In this document: piece after piece, positions 24,005-34,255 of the stretch | Numbering within the stretch: the stretch's first letter is position 1 | Layout of the letters: each line of letters begins with the position of its first letter | Source: Nemertoderma westbladi | Lineage: Eukaryota > Animalia > Xenacoelomorpha | Assembly: GCA_032718475.1 (NCBI GenBank) | Contig: JAUCBJ010007758.1 | Coordinates: 56,813-120,812, forward strand | Length of the DNA: 64,000 bases | Reading direction: 5' to 3' | The notes under the pieces: generated by a model | Databases searched by the model: none | What the model saw: only the letters and a program-made list of their open reading frames with translations | What the model was told of the DNA's origin: nothing | Program-made: the position numbers and the translations under genes

Positions 24005-26467
24005 CCCTGCAAACAATTTTCTTTCGAGGAATGTCAGAAAAACATCATTAATTTGTTATAAATGTTGATAAATGTCATTCCCTTGTTTGATAGAATATTT
24101 AGATGTTCAATATATATTATTTTAACATTATTCTATAATGTCTTTGTCAGACATTAAATAAATGATAACTGTTGATGTTAGAAAAACGTAATTTTAATGT
24201 GAGAACATAAACATTAGTCAAAAATGTTTTATAAGTGTTTAGTTCTAACATTTTAAGAACATGGTTTGTTACATATCAGAACAATGTTATTTTGTCACAT
24301 AAAATAAACATTATGCGATAGACGCTGCTGTCACTTCTATTATCTAATCTGAGATTGATGATTGGCTAATTTTAAAATTGGCGGTAATGGAGGAATTTTC
24401 CACATGTAAAATAGTATACAGTATGGCATGTTGTACAATACTCATTCTGGCATGCCTGTATTCAATGTTTATTGTGTATATGTATTGTTATACTGCTGTA
24501 CTGCAAGGCCTATCTCTATATTACTGTAGTGATGTAGTGTAGTTACTGCAGGCCTACTGCACTGTACAGTAGCTTATATTTTTGGTTTTATAGTCTTGGT
24601 TTTGTGATTTATTTAACCTGAACTCATAAATAAAACATATCTACCTGAATGCGAGTTCGCCTTTACCCTCTGGATTCACACATTACTGCATTAGACCTAC
24701 CAATTACAGAATTCAAGTCTGCCAGGACCAGGAAGTCCCCTTAAACCAGCACTGACAGGTGGAGGATTGACTTATTTGTCTGTACTGATGGTGGATTTCA
24801 ACAGCCGAGGACTAAAGATTGGAATTCTTATTATTGGGAGGTCCCAGTTTTCAGTTGAAGGGGCAGGGCACAGGGACAGCATTACTACAACACTTTGAAA
24901 ACTTCACATTAACTGTTATTTCAAACTATTTATTGTTTCAGTTTTTAGATTGTACTTTTGTAGGGCCTAGGCCTATTGATTTATTTTTACAGTTTAATAA
25001 ATGAAGCTCACTCAGCTATAATTATAATTAACATTTAATTTTTTAAATATGATTTGTTCAGATAGGGAGGATTTGCGATGCAATCAAAATCATCCCTCTC
25101 CAGGGAGATATCGATTCAAATAAGTACTGATTACTCTCCCAGAAATAAATCTGTAAAATCTGTATATGTGCCTCTGTAGCCAACTGTAACCTGCTCCTTT
25201 TAATAAATTTAACATTGTTGTGAGGTATTATTTATTAAACCCACTATATGTACATGTATATGTATATGTATCTTTTTCAATGGTAATATGGATAATATTG
25301 AACAAATGTGTAGGTATATAGAGTCAGTAATGTCTGTATATTAAGCGTAGGTTATTACCATTCACTAGATATTCCGGTTTATTATGTCGGTTTGTTTGTT
25401 ATTTTTGTGTTAAATTACGTTGAAATAATTTTAGTATTCGCTAAAGTTCTCAAGACAAAATAGACAGTTTCAAAAATCTACTGGACAATTTATATAACTG
25501 TGTCAATAACTAATTATCGTAAAGGTTTTGTGCAGTATTATATTTGATATTATTTGTACCGCATATGTAAATTGTCAATAAACATATCTATCTATCTACA
25601 TTATTTTATATAGACTACAAATCAGATCTATAAATCTAGTGAATAATATTAACTCAAAGTATTTTAATTGATGCAATTCATTACGTTGTTATCACTTATT
25701 ATTACGTCATAAACATATTCTTTTTAAGTCTGTGATTAACTTTAACCGAAATATCAAAACCATTTACATAATGGGCCATACAGCCATATATTTGTTGTTT
25801 ACTTATTCTGTGATATTTTACTTTGATTTTACTGTTTATTTCATTATTTGTTCCTGACTGGTCATTATACAAAAAATTCAATTCATGTTATACGTTTTAA
25901 TTGTTATTAATTTGCATACAATTGCCTACAACAAAATTGTATTCAATCAAACTGTGTTAGAGATTGTAGCCTGCCACTACCATATCAACATGCGTAGGGA
26001 AATTATTAATTAATTATTCAATAAAGGGTTTGGCAATTACAAAGAACGATAATAAAGAACGGCAATGGAGGGGGATTATTAGTTTGAGAGCAAGCGAACC
26101 ATAAAACATGAGAGAAGGGCTTAATTGCACGTAAATTTAATGTTACGTTTTTAGCAAACAATATTTTTATGTTAAGAAATAACATAACAGTAACGATCTA
26201 AATAAACATTATGCCATTGTTATTTTAATGTCAATAAAAATACAATAATAATGATAAGGAATAACATAAAAGTAATGATATATGTAACCATCCTGGCTTT
26301 GTTATTTTAATGTTATTAAAAACGAAATAATAACGTTAGTATATAACGTCATATTTCTTGGCCAATTTACAGTTTTTTTATCATTAATCTAACAATTTGA
26401 AATAATGTTATCTATGTCATTAAATAACATTTTAGTAACAGCTTTTTAACAATACATTGTTTGCAGG
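24005..26467. mobile_element. Non-autonomous DNA element (CMC/EnSpm-like termini) inside the BEL 5' UTR
   Basis: TIR CCTGCAAACAAT (24006) / ATTGTTTGCAGG (26467). Degenerate aacatt/aatgtt subterminal repeats at both ends. No ORF. TSD unclear. Confidence 0.55.
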
Positions 26468-27474
26468 TAACAGTTTGTTAGTAGGTAACAGTACAATAAT
26501 ACAGTAGCAGAAAATATATATCACCTGGCAGAATGTATACAAGGCAATATGTAGGATTTTTTAAATGCTGATGACACAACAATATGTGCAAATATGCGTA
26601 CAATTGTACGACTAAGTCAATACTACAGTAAGTATAATATTGTAGAAAATGTAACTTACTAATGAGTGGCCTAATACCAATTGTAAAACTTGTCCACAGA
26701 AATAGGCCTACTTACTGAGTAACAAAAGGTAGAACTAATGTCTACAAATTCAAACGGTAGATGAAAACCAATATCTACAAGAAAATGTACTAAATGTAGA
26801 ACAAATGTCTACAAATACATATGGTAGGTTGTAGGTCTGTAGGTAGATGAAGAACCAATATCTACACATGGAAATAAACGAAACAAAAGGTAGAACTAAT
26901 GTCTACAAATGCATACTGGTATGGGTAGAACTTATCTACCAGTCTGTCAGTTAAAATTAACTAACACAACATTACTGCATTAGATAGATACATCAGTACA
27001 TACCTGCATACATACATACAGTCAGGCAGACACCGGATAAAATTTAGAACAAAAAATAATAATGTAGGCTTAGCCTACTGTCAGACTGTTGCACTACTGT
27101 ACTAAGACTGTTCGGTTAGGCCTATTAAGATTTACAGTGGTAGCCTATCTATTTACAGTACCGTATTGATAGAACAATAGCAGAATAGAGTGAAGTGAAC
27201 TAACCAAAACACAGCACTGTACTGGTACCGGTACTGGTTGACCTACCAGCCTACCGTCTGACCGTAACGGACTGCAGGACTGACAGAAATATAGTAGGAA
27301 TCGGTACATATAAAATTCAATACAGTAATTCTGTAATTGGTAATTAGCTACTGCTGTACTGTGCTACAACATTAGACCATAGGTACCGGCTGACCGGTAC
27401 GGCATACGGTAGGCCTAGCTGCCTGTGCCTAGTACGGTACAAAAGTATGAAACGGAAAAAAGATCTTTCAAGAT

Positions 27475-28235
27475 TGTGGGTGTGCTAAGCCACAACTTAC
27501 AGGGGTGAAATCTTACAGCACAGAAGGTTCGCCATGTCCTGCAATTGTCTGATTGTTACAGTTGAAAAATTGTGAATAATATAAACTGACATAATTGTAT
27601 TGAAATTATTGTTTGTACAAAGACAGAAAGATATGTTGAGATAGATATTGATGTATAGAAACTGGTACATGAATGTCAGAATGTTACATAATATATCGGA
27701 CTTTACAAATACTGTAACAGCACAGCATATAACTATATAAAGTAACCAATCTAAACTATAGAACAACTATAACTAAGAACTATCAACTATAATAAGAAAT
27801 ATAATGAGAACTATGCTACTATACTATACTATATTATACTACTATACTATTGAAAGATCATGGAGCTTCCTACCCCTGATTGACTGCTTCCGGTGTCTGA
27901 CTGTATGTATGCATGCAGTACGTCAGTACTGCAGTACCAGTATGATGTTCTGACTGCTGATCAATAATAATGATGCCAGCTAGGCAGAACAGATTCCTGA
28001 TATTACGGAGGTTGGGATGGATAAGCCAATCAGGGAACAGGACAGTAATCCTACCATATAAGGTTGCGTGCGCTGTCTCTATTATAAGGAGACAGCTGGT
28101 AATAAAATGCACAAATAGAAATATATGTGGGGCGAGTCATAAACTATGAAAAGCTCTAAGGTAATATAATATTCTTAGTTAAAGATAATAAAGATATTGT
28201 AACTCTCTATATAAATGCATAATAGGTAGTTGACA
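27475..28235 (-). repeat. 5' LTR of full-length BEL/Pao
   Basis: Direct repeat of 14191-14951. Followed on the minus strand by ATCTTGAAAGATC, not a TGG tRNA PBS. Confidence 0.97.
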
Positions 28236-28240
28236 GAATT

Positions 28241-29366
28241 TTGAATAATCAAAAAAAGTGGTTGTTTTGGTAGTTTTAAAGTAGTTGTGATAATTTTGGA
28301 AAGTGATGAACGTAGGCTGATGGTCAGATGTGCCAACTTTAGTAAAAAATGTACCGGATTGAGAAACCGAAGAAGTTATATTTGTAAATATGTGGTCAAT
28401 ATTGGTTCTACTCCATGGGGTGACACGTGTTGGTTGGCTAATAAGTTGCACGAGGCCGATGGAATTCATTATATCAATATATTCTTTGGACTGTTTTGTT
28501 GTTTTTAATAAATCTACATTAAAATCCCCCGTTAAAATTGTATCACAATTTGATTTATTTAGATCTGTAATTGTTTTTTCAAGTTTTGTAATGAAATATG
28601 GTAGCTCAACAGAATTTGGACGATAGATTGTGCCTATTACCAGCGGCCTCTTGTTTGGTCGATGTAGTTGAACCCATGAGTTTTCAAAACCCTCGATCCT
28701 CAGTTAAGGTTTCATATCAAAATTAATAGATTCTTTGAAATAAATTGCAGTGCCGCCTCTTTTAAGTTTTTTCTTACTGATTTTCACTGTATTTGGTAGA
28801 ACCCGGCAATCATAAAACGGACCATCATAACCATTAATTTTCAATAAGTCAGTGGGAGTGTCTGTGGATAAAAATGTTTCTGTAAAAGTGAGTACTTTGA
28901 AAGTATGATTTAGTAAAAGTAAAAAATCTGTAATGGCTGAAAAGTTTTTTGGCAAGCTACGACAGTTTAAATGAAAAACCGACATTGTTACAGGTGGTGA
29001 ATTCTCCAAAACATATTTAAATATTTAAATATTTAAATTTGTAATATTTTCGTCAGGTTCTATGTGGCTAAAAGTTTGATTAATGTTGTTAATTATAGAG
29101 CTGGTTAGTTCCTCTTCTATCTCTTTATTATCAAAGATATCGTAATCGTCAGTATCGATATTAACGAAGGGAAAAATTGTAGCATTACAGAAAATACAAA
29201 AATGATACTTTAAATCATTAGTGTCATAGAGATCGTCACCTGAGAGGTGTGTGCCACATTGAATATGAAAGGAGTTACGACATAAAGCACAAGAAAAAGT
29301 ATATTCCGCTGGAGTATTTTCAGAAAAACAAAAGTAACAATGTAAGTTATTAGAGCTTGAGTGCAT
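28241..29366 (-). pseudogene. LINE ORF2 N-terminus: PHD-like finger + AP endonuclease
   Basis: CYFC..CALC..FHIQC..CIFC, HLNCRSL, FTETFL, RGGTAIY, PTRVT..IDHIFTN and SDHQP. Frameshifted. Confidence 0.88.
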
Positions 29367-30372
29367 CCAGTGAAATTGTTAGGAAGTCACTTAGAGCAGT
29401 ATATATGCTATTCAGCTGTTACACCAATATACTAGAATATGTGCTAAAAATATAGTAATGTCTACAGCTGACGTCATATAAATTTTGTTATATATCTGGC
29501 ATATAAATAAAGTATCAAAGGCGCCTTAATAGTAGGATAAACGTAATATTCATAACATAATATAAGTAGGGTTTACCTTGGTTCATTTAACCTTGGAAAC
29601 AAGAGTATACACACATAAATATAAATGGAGATTTGGTTCATTTATGGCAAAAAAGAAGCGGCAACAAGAATACCAAGTACCGAACTGGTTTATAGGGTAT
29701 ATTGTATATGAGGTATATATATATGGCAATAGGCAAAAAATAAAAGGTAGCGAAAACATTGGGGTGGCCCTGGTGAGGCTTTTTGGTAAACATAATGTAT
29801 AACAATTTGGTTCACTTGGTATAGGTATAGTTTTCTAAAATCTTATCAATATATATAAATGGCAATAGGCGATATATGAGGTATATATAAATATGGCAAT
29901 ATGCAAAAATAAAAGGTGCCGTCATACCACTTGGTGGTAACAAAAATATTGGGGCAGTCCAGGGAAGGTATAGTATCATGTATAACAACGAAAATTGGTA
30001 CGCAAAGGGTTAACATAGGAAAAAAAAATGGAAACCAAAAAAACTAAGAAGGATAAACAATAATCCCAAATTCTCACATGTTACTTTCAGTTGTACATAT
30101 TGTACCAGTACTTTTATTAATTATTTATGGGTACCGATCCCGGTCCCTCCACATAAGAGCAAGTCTCAGACTTATGTGATCCCTCTACCATATATATACC
30201 AGTAGTAAAATAATAACTGAATAGGACTTTATTCTGCCTAATTGCTGTACTAGGACACTTTAATTACCAGTAATAACAATTAGAACATTTTGTTGCTGCT
30301 TTTCCACACCATGATCAGCACCTCGACGACCGGCAGATTGTCGCGCTGTACGGGAATGACTACCAGTACCAT

Positions 30373-31091
30373 TTACAGTAATCCAGTCGACGTCAACGTC
30401 AGGATTATTACTACCTGGATTATTACTGCCTGGGTACCATCAGGAGATCTATATTTTTCGAGATCGTCGATTGTAGAAACGGATATTGCTCTTGAGTTCT
30501 CAACAATATGGCGAATTAATATTTGCCCATTGTATGAGTAAGCCGCGTAGATAAAACCTTCTCTTTTCAGGACCTTTACTTCCCGCAGAAGAGCATCGCG
30601 GTGCGTTGTCAGATGGTCAGTGAAATATGCACCACTGGGGAGCTTGTGGTCAACCCCAGCCTTAAAGGCAGAAGACCTAGCCGAATGACCATATAGACGA
30701 ATAAGTATAGCGCGCGGTTTATCAGAAGCAGTATGCCTGGACTTTTTTGGCCCTTGTCTATGGAACACATCTACGCGACCTGGTCCTAAATCGATTCCAG
30801 AAAGGATTTTCTTGATATCTTCGCGATCCTCTGACTGTGCGAGTTTCTCTGGTACTCCGTGAAGTAGAATGTTATTTCTTCTAACATATTGGGCTAAATC
30901 GTCGTTGGCTCTGTCTAAAGCGCTGTAACTTTTTTTTCTAAGACCTCTTTTCTCTGTTCCAAAACATTTACTGCAGATTTTAACCCCGCTAGGTTTTTGG
31001 TATTTTCCTCTATAGCAGACGTTTTAACTTGGAGATCGGATATTTGTTTTTGTATAGAGTCCAGCTTCTTTAGGATCTCGGCAGCCTCCAT
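30373..31091 (-). pseudogene. LINE ORF1 (coiled coil + RRM-like), frameshift in poly-T near 30930
   Basis: MEAAEILKKLDSIQKQISDLQ..., QYVRRNNILLHGVPE, HRQG..KPRAILIRL and YFTDHLT. Confidence 0.8.
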
Positions 31092-32014
31092 TTCTCAGTG
31101 TGCTGTTGCCCTTCCCAGAGGGATTGAGTGAGTGTAAGCTAAGATTACAGAATTAATTGTTTAGCAAACCCAGTACCTAATTTAAAGCGCCATTGGTAAT
31201 ATATCCGTAGGGTGTAGGATAATTTGACCAGTTTCAATAACAATCAGACAGTCAGCTTTCAGACAACAGATGTTAGGCCTACATCGTGCAGTACAGCTAT
31301 ATCTGCTGCTTTAAGCTATATCAATAGTCGCCAAATGCAAATGCATGCAATTTTAGTTCAAATGACTGACTGAATATAAAATGTCAAAAATCACCAGCCA
31401 TTGGCCAGTATTTTCTTTTTCCCAAACCCTCTATGTTATTTTTGCGGCCAATCAGCACAATTTTTACTTTACGATTTCTTGAGGCCTTGTTTACATATGA
31501 ATATGCTGCAGTGCAACAAAATCATTCATTCTGACTTCTGCCCAAGACCATCATCGCCAGAGGGCTATCAAATAACAGTCAATTACCTCTCTGCATTCAC
31601 TCTTGTACTCTGGCACCCTCACTGTTGTAACAGCAAACATCTGAATGTTGATTAACTGCCGGCACCGCATATTTTATACTGTTTTATACTGTTATTCATT
31701 GTTGTTTGGTAAGATATTCAATGGATGCTTTTATTTGGAGAATACATACGAATAATCAATAATTCCTCCTACCTTTCTTTTTTATTGAGGTAAGCAGAAG
31801 GGAACATTAGTAACATTTGCTAGGCTCAAATTACTGTGGTCTGCATGAATTTTATGCTATTTCATAACCCCAACGTAAGTGAGCTAAATTTATCCTTATA
31901 TATGAGTAAAATTGGTAACAGTTGGCAAATTAATGTGTTTCAGTACTATTTTCAGTAAAGTGAGTGCAGGTGAATAATTATACATCCCTAAAGAATGTAA
32001 AAACTGTGACGTCA

Positions 32015-32300
32015 AAGTAAAGTAAGTAAATTTTCTTTGGCCACTAGGCCAGGGATTATGCACAAAGTCTGACAACTTATTTCCAGTGCAGTCCCCCAGA
32101 TCTTTTACTCCCCAGAGGAAACTCTAGTACTCATTTAGCTACCACTTAAGAATTCAAGGCAGAGATGCGTCCTGGCTGGTTCTTCTAAAGCATTTGCGCC
32201 AAAACGAAAACTGCCCTGGCCCATGTGAGGATCGATACCACGACCTATGGGGAGATGTGAATTCAATGCAAACACTACACCAACACTAATCTAACCCACT
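32015..32300 (-). mobile_element. tRNA-derived SINE
   Basis: Minus strand: A-box-like TGGTGTAGTG, then tRNA T-arm-like AGGTCGTGGTATCGATCCTCACATGGGCCA, body motif TAAATGAGTAC and a (ttact)n tail. It interrupts LTR G. Confidence 0.6.
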
Positions 32301-32689
32301 CCACCTCTACTACACTACCACACTCTCGGCAATAGAATTTAGTCTCCAACACACAGTGGTTCATAAGCCGCGCTAGACTGGCTTCTACTGTGGTCATATT
32401 TTGTATAGGTTGTCACACATCATAAGACACATAAATTTGCTCATGAAACTGTTAAAGGTCTAAAAGCGCGAACAGATTGACTCCCACTAAATAATATTAT
32501 TTTTTAAATGCATATTGTTTTCCAGTATAATAAAGTTGTGTTAACTAAATTATAATCATCAAAGAAAAGTATTCCAACGTAGGGCCAAATAGTAAATAAT
32601 ATACAACATAGAGTAGAATACAAATATTACAGCAGTCTGAATTCATTTTTTCCCAACATAAGCTCAGAAATTTTTTTTTTTCAAGAAAC

Positions 32690-32948
32690 ATTTTCTAGAT
32701 CATCCGTATCTCCAAGGCTAGTGTCCATTAAGATGTGTCTCAATCAAGTCATGGGCTGTCCACCATGCTTATTCACTCTATGAGGCTGCCAAAGTACAAT
32801 ATTATGCACTGGCTGGTCCTCACTGCGAGAGCAATGTCCTGCAAAGCAGAGGCGATTTTGTTCTAGTGTCAAGCTTGAGGGAACCAATGAGACACCTCCA
32901 ATGTTATATAGTGTCTGGTTGGAGATGTGTGCATTGTACTTGACAATG
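32690..32948 (-). mobile_element. RTE LINE 3' fragment
   Basis: Reverse complement matches 41469-41730 with scattered substitutions. Confidence 0.85.
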
Positions 32949-32993
32949 TTGGTTTGACAATCGTTCAGTGAGATATTTTACCTCAGAGAAAAA

Positions 32994-34069
32994 TGTGACG
33001 GGATCCAACGGGGATCCCGATTTATCCGGTTTCTAATCTACAATCCCCACCGTGCGTATTTGAAAAGAGTTCTGATTGTTGGTTGATCAATGCATATAGA
33101 TATAAGGGTATGATAAATAATAAGATATAGCACAGTTAAAGTGAACGATGTATAATGTACTGGTAAAATGGTTTAATACTGTATAGCAGTAGACGGAGAT
33201 GAATGTGATTAGAGTTCCGGTACTACCCTAACTAACTGACTTACTGAAGTGAATAAATTGGCACAAGAACCGGTGATATATATTGCACTGGTTGGCCGCA
33301 TTACGTTACTCAGTTGACGCCTTCCCCCCATTGGCTAATAACTCACTTCTCACCCTCCCATCTCCCTGAGAGTGCCCCCCCCCCCCCCGCTGCTGTCTCT
33401 CTCTCCCTTCCGTAAGTGTAACCTCTGACCCCAGCTGTGTGTGTTCCCTTGGGGCCTGTTGTCCCCGCTTATTGGGGTGACACGAGGTTGATTGGTAATC
33501 AACCTCGTGCTCCCAATATCGCCTAAACCAACTTTGTGTGGGCCTGGTTAGCGGAATTGAATACGCTAACACTCCCCCCCATGCTATCTTCCTGGTGAGA
33601 AGATAGCATCCACCTCTAGTGCGCTACAATTCCGCCGGATCTCGATCTAGCATCGAGTGTGGGGTGGAACTATTTTTCACGGAGCCGGCTTTCCAGACCG
33701 CCCCCTATGGGTATGATATCGCTACCCTGTTTACCTGGCGTCCCGTGTCGGGCCAATCGTGCGCTTCTCTCACACGACTTTTGTTTCCCCAACACTTTCG
33801 CCACTCCAACTCCACTCTGTTCTCACCCTGACTCTCCTCCACTTCTCCTCACTTCCGCTCTAACTCTCGGATTTCCCTGTCCCTCACCCCGCCTCCTCTT
33901 ATTCCCCCCCCCCCCCCCATACTTGAATTGCACCTGCACTCTCTCCGCACTACAACTCAACCCCTATCTTACCCACCCACTCCCGACGAGTTTTACCCCC
34001 CTCCTGTGCCGTTGCACTCAAGAAGAGTGATGTCGTCCAGTGTCTCGTCCGCGGTAGTATTATAGTCCA
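32994..34069 (-). mobile_element. LTR type A, copy 2 (complete, 1076 bp)
   Basis: Minus strand TGGACTATAATACT...CCCGTCACA. Abuts LTR B across a 2-nt spacer. Confidence 0.88.
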
Positions 34070-34255
34070 TTTGTGACGGGATCCACAGAGGATCCTGATT
34101 TATCCTGTTTTTAATCTACGCGCCCCGCCGTGTGTGAAAGGGTAAAAAGAGTTGTTGATTGCTGTATATAGTTCTTCGGGTATATAATAGTATAAGATAA
34201 ATATAAGATATTGATATAAGATGTACTGATAGTGAGATATGATATTGGCACTGGA

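Larger units (their letters stand above)
14191..28235 (-). mobile_element. Full-length BEL/Pao LTR retrotransposon (14,045 bp)
   Basis: Two 761-bp TG..CA LTRs. TSD GAATT at 14186-14190 and 28236-28240. PPT GGGTGTGGGGA next to the 3' LTR. Domain order gag-PR-RT-RH-IN. Confidence 0.97.
11417..31330 (-). mobile_element. Near full-length CR1/L2-group LINE, split by BEL/Pao insertion
   Basis: ORF1, a spacer, PHD-APE-RT ORF2 and a 3' short-repeat tail (aatcattt)n at 11417-11450. ORF2 is continuous across TSD GAATT. The 5' boundary is approximate. Confidence 0.85.
11275..32474 (+). mobile_element. 3' LTR of element 'G' (D/E LTR family), split by the CR1 LINE (with nested BEL) and a SINE
   Basis: PPT-like GGGAGCGG, then TGTTAAAGCTTTTGTGGGA at 11275. 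Family-like sequence resumes ~31390 (cagccattgg..gccaatcag) and ends AAAGGTCTAAAAGCGCGAACA at 32474. 10430-11274 is probably its degenerate internal 3' region. Confidence 0.7.

Noticed and set aside
24860-24890. NAVPVP resembling DNA methyltransferase motif X
   Set aside because: The surrounding residues do not fit and the frame is closed.
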